Shown: piece by piece, positions 35,404 to 49,384 of the stretch | How the letters are laid out: the number at the start of each line of letters is the position of its first letter | Position numbering within the stretch: position 1 is the first letter of the stretch | Source of the DNA: Eledone cirrhosa | Lineage: Eukaryota | Assembly (NCBI GenBank): GCA_964016885.1 | Contig: OZ024746.1 | Span: 21,266,001 to 21,330,000 of the forward strand | Reading direction: 5' to 3' | DNA: 64,000 nt | Made by a program: the position numbers and the translations under genes | Notes under the pieces: generated by a model | What the model saw: only the letters and a program-made list of their open reading frames with translations | What the model was told of the DNA's origin: nothing | Database searches by the model: none

Positions 35404-35811
35404 CATACATAAATTCATATATACACACAGGCAAACGCATATACACACATACATACATACATGCATGCAAACACATAAATACATACTCACATACACACAC
35501 ATACACATATATGCACTCTTATTCACATATATAGGTTGAATGCGTGTGTCAGTAAATTTGCACTAAACTGCATCGTTGTTTATTATTTCACCTCAGAGAA
35601 TTGAAGATGACTCACATGTTGCTTCTGTAACTGCTGCTGCTGTTGCTGATGCTGATGAAGCAGCTGTTTCTGCTGTAGCTATTTATCTTTTGTTATTAGT
35701 GCTACTATCAATGCTGTTGTTAACAAAATACCAGATACTATAGCTTTTATTGTTGTCGTTGTTATACTTGTTTGTTGTATACAACTAATTCTTGCATTAA
35801 TAGCATAGATA

Positions 35812-36630
35812 AGGGCGATAGATTGGCAGTAGTGGTTGAGCATCAGACATGTTTGTGGAATATAATTACAGCCCTTTATGTTCTGAGTTCAAATCCTGCT
35901 GAGGTCAGCTTTGCTTTTCATCCTTACAAGGCCTATAAAATAAAGTACCAGTAACGCACTGGGGTTGATTTAATCAATGTTCTTCACCCCAAAAATTGTT
36001 GGCCTTGTGTGTAAATCATTGGACCTACAGTCTTTGCAGCATATATTTATGTCCTTTGATGTTAACTTTGCCTTTCATCCTTACGAGGTTGATAAAATAA
36101 AGTACCAGTAACACACTTGGGTAGATTTAATTGACTTTCCCAATCCTCCAAATTTGTTGGCCTTGTGCCTAAATTATTGAAAAACATGCTTTGTGGCATA
36201 GAGACACATCTCTTTACATTCTGAGTTCAAATCCTACCGAGGTTAACTTTGTTTTTCATCCTTATGGGATTGATAAAATAAAGTGCAAATAATACACTAG
36301 CGTTGATTTAATCGACTTTTCTCTTCCCCAAATTTGCTGGCCTTATGCCAAAACCAGAAACCATTAATAGTATAGATTATATTGTTATTGTTATTACTTA
36401 TTCTGTTTCTGCTATTCTTTGAGAAATTGAAACAAGAACAATAATTGTTTCTACTTTTGGCACCAGGCCAGCAATTATCCCAGTGCATTACTGGTACTTT
36501 ATTTTATCGACCCCGTAAGGATGAAAGGCAAAGTTAACCTCGGCGGGATTTGAACTCAGATCATAAAGTGAGGTAACTCTATGCTTCAAAGCATGGCGCC
36601 CGACCCTCTACCGATACTGCCAATCCACAA
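35812..36630. mobile_element. Meta-domain-like SINE cluster: ~3 plus copies (35812-36370) and one young minus copy (36446-36630)
   Basis: Repeated central domain; minus copy has TSD GAAACAAGAACAATAAT at 36429 and 36634. Confidence 0.8.
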
Positions 36631-36910
36631 TCCGAAACAAGAACAATAATAATGATAGTAATGTCAATAATAACAACAGTGAAGTTAAAATATTATATGT
36701 TTTGCAGTGAAATTCACAATGCACTGATATGGTTGCAGATATCATACTTATAATAGTACATCACAACTTCAATTTTAACAAAATTAAAAAATCAATTAAA
36801 TAAATACATAAATACAACCACTTGCTAAAAATAACAGCCACATTACTCTCAAATTACATTCAACTATTTTCAAAAAGCAAGGTACAACTTACTCCTTGAT
36901 ACATTACATA

Positions 36911-37142
36911 TTAACCCTTTCATGACCACATTTCTAATGAAATACACTCTATTACAATTAACTGATTAATGAAATATTTTGAGGCATTTACTAAAATTAT
37001 TAATTATTTAATTAGTAATTTAATGTAAAGATTTTATATAAAATTATGCTGAAAGATTTTAATATAAATTAGAAACCTTTAAAATAGTTTTATTTCATAG
37101 AACTAGAGACATTTTTGACTGGGTTGATAACAAAAGGGTTAA
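36911..37142. mobile_element. piggyBac-like MITE
   Basis: TTAA|CCCTTT ... AAAGGG|TTAA termini with short imperfect TIRs. Confidence 0.5.
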
Positions 37143-37561
37143 AAGGAGAGATGTTTATAATTACATGTCTTTGATGATAATTTAGCTGAATTGGGTCTAA
37201 ACATCAACATTGACAACAAGATATGATTTATTTGTTGTTTGATCTGCTTTCATTCTATCTAAATAGAAAGATTCCTTTATGAGTTAACAGGGGATCATTC
37301 ACATGGCCTTTAGGCCTGCTAGAAATAACATGCAAAATCTCTCAAATCACATCCTACCTTCTTAAATAAAGGATACACTAGTCAATATAGTCCAAGATTT
37401 TCATAACATAGAAAGCTAATGGTGAACGATTTGTTAAATCAGGATAATCTGAAGCTAAACAACAACAGCAACATGTCCAATAGTTAATTACAATAATAGA
37501 ATAAAACAAAACAACTATACCAAAATACCCCTGCTGCCAAATCAACATCCTAAATTCAAGA

Positions 37562-37732
37562 ACCAAGATACTCTCATGGAATTACCAAATGTGATTTATT
37601 GTTTTACATAGTCCCTGGAAAGAAAGAAGGCAGTTATTAATAAGAAGAGTTGAAATTAGTGCATGCAAGATTTAGTAGCTCTAGCATCACTCTTTCATAG
37701 TCAACCTATGAACTTTTCAGCCTACCCTCGTA
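37562..37732. mobile_element. Left-truncated copy of the mariner-type MITE
   Basis: Aligns to 13059-13228; ends CCCTCGTA. Confidence 0.75.
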
Positions 37733-37925
37733 TGTTAATAACCACATCACTTTCACCATTCCATGGTTGAATTAGAAGAGGAAAGAACAGTACATAGAAA
37801 CATTTTACCTAACCTTTAAGACTAGTGTTGGAAAGGGATGAAGAAGAAGAAACCATGACTCATGGGTTGTTGTTGCAGTATGAAATAACACATGGGAATA
37901 TCAGAATACCAAGTTATCCTTTGAA

Positions 37926-38423
37926 ACATTGATGTATGAAAGGTTAGAATATCAAGGTATCCACTAGCAACATTGATGTATGAAAGGTCAGGATATCTAC
38001 TAACGACATTGATGTATGAAAGGTCAGAATATCAAGGTATCCACTAGCAACATTGATGTATGAAAGGTCAGAATATCAAGGTATCCACTAGCAACATTGA
38101 TGTATGGAAGGTCATAATATCAAGGTATCCACTAGCAACATTGATGTATGGAAGGTCATAATATCAAGGTATCCACTAGCAACATTGATGTATGGAAGGT
38201 CAGAATATCAAGGTATCCACTAGCAACATTGATGTATGGAAGGTCATAATATCAAGGTATCCAATAGCAACATTGATCTATGGAAGGTTAGAATATCAAA
38301 GTAACCACTAGCAACATTGATGTATGGAAGGTCACAATATCAAGGTATCCACTAGCAACAGTGATGAATGGAAGGTCAGAATATCAAGGTATCCAATAGC
38401 AACAATGATGTACTAAAGGTCAG
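37926..38423. repeat. 44 bp minisatellite, ~11 copies
   Basis: ACATTGATGTATG(A/G)AAGGTCAGAATATCAAGGTATCCACTAGCA; one shortened 36 bp unit. Confidence 0.95.
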
Positions 38424-38463
38424 GAGGTAGAATTACATTGCTCTTTCTGCTAGGAGTTGCAAC

Positions 38464-38932
38464 TGGTAGATAGTATTAGCAATTGGAAAGACGAATGGAA
38501 ACATTGTTTGCTTGGTCTTATCTGATGAGTTCAACCCCACTCAATATGCGAATGTGGTCTGGAATCTTGTTGATTTAGATTAAATATCCAGGGAAATTAT
38601 TAGCTAGTTAGCTAAGTAGGTAGGTCAAAATAATATATAATGTTAAATGCTTATACTGTTGATCAGATAAATATATTATTTGATAGATAAATGATAGATA
38701 AATGGTAGATAGTATTAGCAATTGGAAAGACCTATGGAAACATTGTTTGCTTGGTCTTATCTGATGAGTTCAACCCCACTCAATATGCGAATGCGGTCTG
38801 GAATCTTGTTGATTTAGATTAAATATCCAGGGAAATTATTAGCTAGTTAGCTAAGTAGGTAGGTCAAAATAATATATAATGTTAAATGTTTATACTGTTG
38901 ATCAGATAAATATATTATTTGATAAATAAATG
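38464..38932. repeat. Tandem duplication, period 239 bp
   Basis: TGGTAGATAGTATTAGCAATTGGAAAGAC at 38464 and 38703; few mismatches. Confidence 0.92.
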
Positions 38933-40760
38933 GGAAGATATGATGAGTTGAATCAGAGAAAGAAAGAGACATATCTGTCAGACATTGATCAACAGTATTT
39001 CAAACACATTTATTTTTAAAAAGCTAAAAATATGACAATTTTTCAAGTAAAACATTTCTGTGAAATGCTACAGATGTTATGCTTATAAATATACTTTCAT
39101 CTTATGTAAGGAAAAAATGATATATTTTCCTCTAAAATAGTTTTTAATGGTATGACACACACACATGCACTTACACATTTTCTCTCCTATGCTACTTCTA
39201 TTTCTTTAAGTAATATTTTCTTTCCGCTCACCCATTGCCTCTATATTTTTGATTCAAGTTGTTTCTTTCTACTTTCTACTAATACCTCTTCCTTCTTATC
39301 AGTTATTTTTCTTGTTCACTCTGTGTCCATTACATTATATATGTTTCTCTTTTGCATTACCACTAGCTTATATCTCCCATCTTTGTCTGTTTCTGTATAT
39401 ATATATGTAATATTATGTTATATATATATATATATATATAATTATGTTTTACACACACACACACACGACTTCCTTTGCCACACTTCTCTCCCCGCCTGCA
39501 TCAATATTTCAAATCATATTTACAATAGTAAAGGTTAAAGTTATCACTGATTGTCATTTATTACAGCTATATAAGCTCACTGGTTAAGATGTCATTACTG
39601 CTTAATATTCTTATGCTGTCAATAGTTACTCACTAGCCATTGCTATTTTATATTTGTTTCAGTTGTTAGATGTCATTTCTGGTTTATATTTTTACTTCAG
39701 CAGTAGTAACTCATCAGTGATTAAAATGGCCTACATTGTTATATACTTATGAGCTATTATCTGAAATCACTTGCTTAGACAAAAACTAAATAAAAATGAG
39801 TTAGTAAGTCTTGTTGAATTCCAGTGAAAGAAAATTACTAATGAGGCATTACTTTGACTAAATTACTAATAGGAAAAAATATGTTTTCTTAGTTTGTGAA
39901 TCATGGATGTACATCCTGTGCTGCAATTTATAGGTATTATATATGTTTACAGAGTTAGAATTCGAATCATCTATAATAAATTAGTATCCTGTCTTCAAAT
40001 ATGTATCTGATCTGCTTCGAAAATCAAAGATAAGCTCTCCAGCTTTACAGATTCTTGTGATACATAAATTGTTTATTTTAGCCTAACTGTACTATATTTT
40101 CAAAATCAAAAGCAGTAAGCAAATTTGCAAATTCATAAAATACATGCTAAAACTAACATAATATTTGCTCATCTGTATACATTCAAGAATTCCATGCAGA
40201 TATGTTTATCACTAATAAATACTTGTATATCAGAACATGTTTATCAATATCTACAGATGATAAGCAATGTTCATTTTTCTTTTAGTTACAAGCTATATAA
40301 TAGCTATATATCAATAATTGCTCCTGCAATCATCTCTTCTGAATATCATAACAGATAACATATCTTCAATAAAAATAAAAATCTAAATCTATTTCAATAC
40401 TTTTAATCAAATTTAATGTTATTTTTACTCCTTGGCTTAAATATTAATCCCTTCACATCGAAATAGAAATGAGAATGTTTTGATAAAATTTAAATTTAAT
40501 ACTTGATTATTAATTCAATAGATTTATGGCACCAAGTGTGTAGAAGCAGTAGATTGCCAGATAAAATGTATTACAATATTTGGTTTTATTCTACATTCAA
40601 ATCGACTTAGGTCAATTTGTCTTTCAATTTCTCCTAGTCCTAATTTCTTATCACTGGGATTGATAAAATATATTCTAGTAATGTACTCAATTTGATTCAA
40701 TTCATTGTTACAAAGCATTGGCTTTACAATTAATAAAATATATTAGCAATCAATCAGACC

Positions 40761-41120
40761 TGGAGGCATGTGGCCTAGTGGTAAGGGTGTAGGACTTACG
40801 ATCATATTGTCCTGGGTTTGATTCTGGACTGGGTTGTGTTGTCTATTCTTGAGCAAAACACTTCATTTCACATTGCCCTAGTATACTCAGCTGCAAATGA
40901 ATACCAGCAGCAACAGCTGGGAGTTTAACTCTGTGGTAGATTGGCATCCTATCCAGGGAGGAATCTTGTTCTATAACTATAGAACAAGATTCCTCCCTGG
41001 ACAGGATGCCAATCTACCATAGAGTTACTCCCAGCTGTTGCTGCTGGTACTCATTTGCAGCCACAGAAACCAGAATAAGCACCGGCCTAATGAACCTACG
41101 AACTTGAGACAGACTTTAAA
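40761..41120 (+). mobile_element. tRNA/CORE-type SINE containing an internal foldback palindrome (40890-41061)
   Basis: A box TGGCCTAGTGG, degenerate B box, CORE-like CTTGAGCAAAACACTT; ~85 bp inverted arms around a 2 nt centre. Confidence 0.75.
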
Positions 41121-43654
41121 CTTTTAGAATCAGATATGACTAGATTTACTTTTTATGTTTAGTTTACTAAAGGCTTGAACAGTTAAGTGTTTTATCTGAA
41201 AATTGTTGTTATGAGCTTTCTAAACATTACAAATCCTAATTGAAAAATTACTTCTGTATTAAATTTGACCATTGTAACATATTAACGACTATATAAAAAT
41301 AAGAAAATATGACATTAAGTAAATCAATTCCACAAAATACATAGTATAGCCATTTGGTTTAGGAATAATTGTTCATCCATTAACTCACTGCAAGGTTCTG
41401 AAATTTATAAATCCTACCAAACAATGGCACAATGAAATACTAACTTAAAATGGAAATTAAATTGAGAATTATATTCTACTCATTTTCATGACCAAAGGTT
41501 CTAGATTGTATCTTTTGTTTAATATCATGAAGCTACAGTTTAAAGAAAAAAAGAAGAAAATTGCCCAGAAAACATTGATTAAATATTTACTGTTATTTTT
41601 TAAAATGGTTTCTTTTGTCAATTGGAAAAAAAAAATACAAACAAATTTGTCACTGAATATTTCACAATAATACATTACAAATTAAATAAAGATACAAATT
41701 AATTTTGAAAGCGTTTGGCCTTAGTAGAATTTCCTAAGTGGAGCTTCATGCACATACACACACAGAAATAACTGCAAACTGTTTGGCCTTAGTTGAATTT
41801 TGTGAGTGCAATTTCAGGTACACTGCACATGCATGTACGCACACACACACACGCACACAACATGCACACACATAAACACACTCACACACATACGCACACA
41901 AGAAATAACCCCAAACTAAAATGAAACATTATTCGGTGATAATGAAAATGCAAGTTGCCTATAGACATGCATAACAAGTTTGAAAAAAATACAGATATCT
42001 AATTTTAAAATAATTTTAACAATATAATGATAATGGATTCTGATTTAGGCACAAGGCCAGCAAGTTTTGGTGAGGTGAAAGTCGATTAAATCGACCCTCA
42101 GTAGGTTACTGGTACTTTATTTTATTGATCCTTTAAGGATGAAATGCAAAGCTAACATTGGTAGGATGTGAACTCAGAATGTAAAGCGCTACAACTCTAT
42201 ACCATGGTGTCCAATGCTCTAGGATCCTCTGGAAGGTATGGTTGAAAACTCTACCCCTTTGTATCTCCTAGGAATAAATAGAAGAAGAAAAGAAGATATT
42301 CTATAGATTCTGGAAGGATGAAAATCAAAATCAAATTAAATAGGATTTGAACTCAGAATATAAAAGGAGATAATTGAATGATGCAAAGCTTTATAAACTG
42401 TAGCATTGCCGCATCTTAATCATCCTCTTTTGTTTAATAATATCGATAGCCGCCAAATTTTGTTCACCATTTTCTTTTATTATATTTATTTATTTTTATT
42501 TAATTAAAGTGCATAGTTCCTTCCTTTCATTTTATGGCAGGACATGTAGTGGCTAAGACAGAAGTGCCCTGAAACCTATTGAGTTCAATTCTTGCAGAGT
42601 TATCTTCACCTTTCATCCTTTTGGGGTCAGCAACATACTGCACCAATTTAATCAAATTTCTTACAAACATTGTGGGAAAAGGATTTACTTACTTTATGAA
42701 TTGAAAAAATGACCACATAAAATATTATTGGATATGTTTTTGCTTGTTTTATGACTTTAGTGTAATTGGTTATTCTTCAGAATTGTAACAAAAACTATTT
42801 GATATTTTTATAGATACTTAAAAGAAAAAAAATGAACCAAAATATTTATAATATTTATGAGAAAATAAACACAAAACATTTCTCAATTTCTGTAGTATTT
42901 ATCAAATGTTATTTATTAGATTTTGGTTCTATAGTATGAAAGAAGGGAGAAAATATTATATATCCTTATTCAATAGGGCTCAGTAGGAATGAAAATCTTT
43001 ATTACTCCTAACTTTGCTTTGCAGAAAAATATATGCTTTCAGGCTACATATATAATAATAAGTGTGTGTGTGTGTTTGAGAGAGAGAGAGAGAGAATTTA
43101 ATGATTTTGTAAAGTACCATTACTAAATCTCAGCAATATTTGATTAATTGTTTAACTAAATAACCCCCCCCCCCCCCCCCCAAAAAAAAAAAACAACTAT
43201 CCTATGGTGGAAAAATAAGTACATACAATAGGTAGAAGTAAGTGTGACTGGCAGAGATGAAAGCTGTCTTATTCTTAGTTGGATTTAGTCAGCAGAAAAG
43301 CTCACACTACTTTTAGCCAATAAAAAAAAACAATTCTCTGTTGCTGTGAATTATGAAACTTGTCTTTTGGATATGATGTTTTGCAGTTTGTTTTTGATTT
43401 TTGAGTGCAGATCTCTATACATAAATATATTTTGGTTTTTATCCAGTAGCACTAACTTTAGTGTTAAATCCTTTCATATGTTGTTGTTGTTTAGCTATGA
43501 AGCAATCCTAGTTGAGTAGACTATGAACAAATGTGAATCCACCATCTTGTCGTTTTAAAAATAACTAAGAATACATTGTTTAATGTGTCCTTTTCTTTTC
43601 TAATATGTTAGAGTGGGAGTGAATTGAGGAATTATAGCTACTATTTATAACAAG

Positions 43655-44020
43655 TGGATGAAATGGGGTTCCTACAAAGGGTCTTTGGAGTAACATTACT
43701 CAACAGAGTATGAAGCTCAGAGATCAGAGAGTTGCTCCAGGTAGAGCTACCACTTATCTGAACTGAGAGATCACAGCTCCGATATTACAAGTATGTGGTT
43801 AAAATGTCTCAGGAAAGAAATGCTGGACAAATTTTATGGGCAAAACCAACCAGTAGGAGACCCAGGTGTTGAGCCGTCCTGAGCAAAATGCTTGAATAAC
43901 ATCCATGAGCTCAGCTGGTCTTGCTTGGAGATTCAACTGGATCAATTGGAGATGGTTACTTCTGACAGAACCTGCTGGAAGCAGTTTGAGCTCTCTGCCT
44001 CCAACCCTCCCAGGAATATG
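43655..44020 (+). mobile_element. Second copy of the Rex3/Expander-like RTE 3' end
   Basis: Nucleotide similarity to 32975-33335 (GAAATGGG..GGGTCTTTGGAGTAAC..GAGAGATCACAGCTCCGATATTA). Confidence 0.75.
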
Positions 44021-44952
44021 TGTAACTAATATATAGATTCCTTTGTTAGATAGATATATATGTATAATTTCTTTTTAGTTGACGTTTAGAGGAGATGAAA
44101 ATTTTTCTCTAGCTATTAAAATTTGGTCTACTCATTCTTTACAGCTCCAATATTTGATCTGCTCTCTTCTATTCTTTGGAAAATATCATATATGACACAA
44201 CTGTTATTATTAGATGCATCCAAAAGCATTTGTCATTTTCCTTCTGTATATTAGCTTACTTTCATATTTATTTCTTCTCTTACCAATACTTTTACACAAA
44301 TAAATAAATCTTCTCTTTCTGTGAAAACGCATGCAGTAAAATCCTTTGAATTCCTTTAATTTCTGTATTTGGTGTGAAGTAAATCTTGTTTGTTGATGTA
44401 GAGCTAATATTATGTCCTTTCAATATTCTTGTACATTCTTTGTGTCACATTTGTAATCCACAAATTGACCTTTTCCATTTCCCCTTCAAATAATCACAAT
44501 ATCCGTTTCTTTGATCTCCTTCAATGATTTTATACAACATGGAGTGGAAAAGTGCCAATTCTCCACTGCTTTAGTTCAGCACGGTTTCCGTTGTGGCTGG
44601 AATATCAACAGTCTGCTTGTTCTCTGAATATTATTGTTGCTATCGGCAGATTTTTCACAATTAACATTATACGTTTGGTTTCTTTATTGTAGTGTGATAA
44701 AACAAAAATGTCTTAAAAGAATATAACATTTTTTAATTGTACTTTGTACACGGATTGTAATTTGACATGCCGAGTTCATTTAACAAAACCTAGAAATTTA
44801 GAATTCTCTTACTAGAAGGATATTGTTCAAAAGACAATGAAGCATGAAAACAATATCAGTATTGTCTTCTTTTTTATTAATAATTACGATTCCTTTTAAA
44901 AGAAATATAATAATAATGATGTCATCATATAACAACAATAATAATAAGTGTG

Positions 44953-45130
44953 GGATTATTACAGAAAACAGCCTTGCTAGGAACAGCAATGATTCTAAGG
45001 AGGGAGCTAGAAAGTTGAAATAGAAGGAATAATTCAAAGGACTTTTGTCCATTAGCTATGGCTTGCCCTTTTCATATAGTGTCGGTATAACATCTACCAG
45101 AGCAAAAGCATTATGAATGATAATAATAAT
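44953..45130 (+). mobile_element. R4/Dong-like (RLE-type) LINE C-terminus + 3' UTR
   Basis: GLLQKTALLGTAMILRRELES* (44953-45018) resembles the conserved R4-clade C-terminus; bounded by (TAA)n tracts. Confidence 0.65.
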
Positions 45131-45132
45131 AA

Positions 45133-45275
45133 TGGTTTCTGATTTTGGCACAAGACCAGCAATTACCCAGTGTATTACTGGTACTTTATTTTATCGACCC
45201 CGTAAGGATGAAAGGCAAAGTTAACCTCGGCGGGATTTGAACTCAGAATGGCAAGAGCTGTGTGTCCGACCCTCT
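45133..45275 (-). mobile_element. Meta-domain-like SINE in a (TAA)n tract
   Basis: Family motifs; TAATAATAATAA on both sides. Confidence 0.8.
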
Positions 45276-45499
45276 GTAATAATAATAAGTTAGAACAATG
45301 AACACAGGGAAGATATAACAGAAAAAAAGCAAGCAGCTGGAAAGCACCGTGACATGACAAAATCCAAAACTTTTCGGTGAAATATTTAACAGGGTAGCAT
45401 GGTATACTTGCAAAAATTTAGAGAAAGTTAAAATCTAAATTCCAAACTGATTTCCTGAATGCTATGATAAAATGATGGCAAGAAAAGTCTCTGTATGCC

Positions 45500-45700
45500 A
45501 AATATTCAAAAAGGGAGGAAGTAGACAAAGAAAATTCACACAACTGGTTAAGAAGCACTGGATTAAATGTCAAGTCAGAAGACTTTCTAATTGCAGCACA
45601 AGATCAAAACCTTCCCACCAGAAACCCCAACAGTTTGTTTCTGGGTGCCTACTCTTAGCCAAAAAAAGAATATATTCACAGACATGATAGAATTGGTATA
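45500..45700 (+). mobile_element. R4/Dong-like LINE relic (post-RT region)
   Basis: IAAQDQNLPTRN and VSGCLLLAKK/EYIHRHDRIG motifs across frameshifts. Confidence 0.65.
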
Positions 45701-46061
45701 ATGTGAAATAAAATGTCTTGCTAAAAGACAAATATATCATCCTCATAACGAATTGAACTCAAGACCTCATGATTGTGAATCCAACTCTCTAACCACTAAA
45801 CCATGTAACTTCACTGTAGTAAATTTAAAGAAGAATAAAAATATCTAAATGGAAGATCGGATAAGTATTTCTTCAAATTGCTGCCTTCAACTGATATATG
45901 TCAATTTAGATGTTAATCCATCACACATATTTATTGATAGCTTGTTCCATTTGACAGATTTCAGGCCTTTTACTGAATCTGAAGACAATTTCTGAGAATG
46001 TTGTTTAAGTTTTTTACATAACTGTTATGTTAAAGAGCTGCACAGAGAATTCAAACAAATA

Positions 46062-46466
46062 ACATACACACACACACATATACTCACACACACACACACA
46101 CATACACACATACTCACACACATACACACATACTCACACACACATACTCACACACACATACTCACACACACATACTCACACACACATACTCACACACCAA
46201 CACACACAGATACACACACAAACAGTCACACACACACACATACACACACAGTCACACACACACACATACACACACAAACAGTCGCGCACACACACACAAA
46301 TAGAAACACACAAGCACACACACGCAAACACACACACACACACACAAACAGACACACACCAACACACACAGATACACACACAAACAGTCACACACACACA
46401 GATACACACACAAACAGTCACACACACAAGCACACACACACACAAGCGCACACACACAAACGCACA

Positions 46467-46523
<57 letters not shown>
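46062..46523. repeat. Compound (CA)n microsatellite
   Basis: CA tract with interruptions. Confidence 0.95.
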
Positions 46524-46525
<2 letters not shown>

Positions 46526-49126
46526 ATGGTTCTGATGGACAACTTCCAATAAAATTAAGATAATGTTAGTTTAATTTCTGTGATTGCTTTTAATTTTGCC
46601 TGATTCTTTCCTTGGTATATAAAATAAAATTACAAGTATTCAGATTGATTTTTTTTCTTTGTTTTTGCAATTTAAACAAGAATTCTATGTGTGTAACCAT
46701 TTAAGTATTGTGTCAGAATATTGTATTTTTATTCTTAAATACAAGGAAAGGTTTTTCAAATAAGTGTAGCTGGTTAAAAGTAATGGACAACCATTTATTT
46801 CAGAAAACACATAAAGTACATAATTTATCAAACATTTATAGGATGTTTGACTCTCTGATTTCTTTCAAGACTAAAGTCACATCTCTATATAAATTTGAGC
46901 AACTTCCATCTGTCCGTCTGTCACACAATGTGTGTGAGTGTTTGTGTGAATGTATGTATGTGTAAAAGGAAGGAAGGGGATGGTGAAATAACTACAGCAG
47001 CTGGCATTCCATTTTCCATTCTGTGTGTAAGTGTATGTGTGTGTTGGTGTGAATGTATGTGTGTGTTTGTGTGAATGTATGTGTGTGTTTGTGTGAATGT
47101 ATGTCTGTGAGTGTGTACTTTTGTAAATGTGTCTGTGTTTGTGTGTTTACATTTATACACTCATACACATAAATGTATGCACATACACATGCGCACATAC
47201 ATATACACCCCTATGTTGAAAAAAATTCTAGTATTATAAACTATTGTATGAGAGATAATTATTTTTGGTTCTCACTGAAATACTTAACATATCTTATACA
47301 AACATATCTTAAGAGAGAGTCTGCCTTCTGGTCTTGGCTCAATGAGTTGATTGACATTGGTTTGTCCTTTTAAGTACAGAGTTGTCTTATCTCTCTAAGT
47401 ATGGTATGGACCAATTTAATTATTTATGTCATCATTTCCACATCAATATGCCAGCACTCTGTCTCTTATGTAATAACTCACATTACACGGCAATTTCGGT
47501 TTGAAGCCAAACTATGCAGAATTGATGAAGGAAAATCTGATTAGACTAGTCTTGAAAGGAAACCATTCATTAATAATGCCATTCTGAAGATATCTTCTTC
47601 ATTTAGAGTAGTAATACAACTCTAGGTGACTAGGCAAACAGCTGATCTAAGAAGGTCCCACATTGGCTGTTATTTTGCATATCAAGTAATTCAAAGAGAC
47701 CTAGACGTAATATGATTAAGACAATAAAACTTACTGTAGTGATATATCTAAAAAGGTAAAAGTTATTTTGTATTGCTTCAGATAGTAATATTAACCTATT
47801 TTAAACCAAATCCTTTACCTAGTATTAATTATTTCATGATTTCTCCTTAGTCTAAGCAAAGAGAAATATTACAACTTTTATATTTATATGAAGATATCAA
47901 AGACAAAATAATAAGAACAACTATTTAAACATAAAATAATTAATACTGGGTTATTTTAATACTAAGGTTATATTAATACTAAGATTATGTCAAAACTAAG
48001 GTTATAATTACTACTGTGTTTTTCCTTAGTCTAAGCAAAGAGAATAAGTTACTACATTTATATTGATATGAAAATATCAAAGCCGAAATAACAAGAATAT
48101 TTACACTTTAAACACAAAATAATTAATACAGGGTTAAGAGTTTTAGTTAAAATAAGTTAATATTACTAGCTGAGGCAATGTAAAATAACATTTACTCTTT
48201 TAAGTATATCAACACAGGATTTATTATCTTGGTCATATCAAACCACTGATAAATCCAGATCTCTTTAAATTACTTGACACACAAAAAAATAGCTTAATTG
48301 CGACCGTCTTGGGTCACCTAATGTCTGCCCTGTCTTTCATCATACAATCCTTTCACTTCCCTTCCTGCTTCTCCTTCCCATAGTCACCATCATCAACCTA
48401 CCGATGTCAAGTATCCCCAGTTGATATCTGTAGGATTTGTCTTTAACAAATATACCATCATACCTTAGGTCATCTTTACTATGAAATATTGCATTCTCAG
48501 TCCTTGTATTCATAGCCTTTCCACCACTAAACACATGGAATAGCCCTTTACAATGATACAGAAAGCAAAATAAAAAAAAAATAAATAAATAAAAAAAAAA
48601 AAAAATAAAAAAAAAAAAAATAAAAAAAAAAATAAAAAAATAAAAAAATAAAAAAATAAAAAAATAAAAAAATAAAAAAATAACAGTATTCAAACAAATC
48701 TGTGCTATATTGTGCAGAATATTCAAATTTAAATGTAATGAAGAGAAAACAATTTTGCCAGGGTTTATGATAAGTCGGTAGAGTAAATTTGCCAAATTTT
48801 AATGTTATATGGCTTTTAGTTATGCAGTATTTGTGTATAATTACAATATATTGAATTCGTGCCAAACACTTGAACAATGCCTTACCAAAACTAACTATAT
48901 TTTATCAATTTCACTGCTTTGCAGTGTCCATTAGTTTTGAGCCATACAGTCACTAACCAGATGATAATTAACTCTGTACAGTGCAATTTGCATTTGGATA
49001 GAGATGCTGTAGAATTTTAACTTTTAATCTTTCACCTTATCCTATTGATTATCATCATCATCGTCGTCATCCTATGATGTCCTATATATATATAATGTAT
49101 GCATATATATATATATATATATATAA

Positions 49127-49238
49127 TTGTTTCTACTTTAGGCACAAGGCCAGCAATTACCCAGTGCATCACTGGTACTTTATTTTATCGACCCCTTAAG
49201 GATGAAAACCAAAGTCAACCTCGGCGGGATTTGAACTC
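49127..49238 (-). mobile_element. Truncated Meta-domain-like SINE flanked by AATGTATGCA(TA)nAT
   Basis: Family motifs; same satellite unit on both sides. Confidence 0.85.
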
Positions 49239-49277
49239 AATGTATGCATATATATATATATATATATATATAATGTA

Positions 49278-49311
<34 letters not shown>

Positions 49312-49314
49312 TAC

Positions 49315-49358
<44 letters not shown>

Positions 49359-49384
49359 GTATGCATATATATATATATATATAT

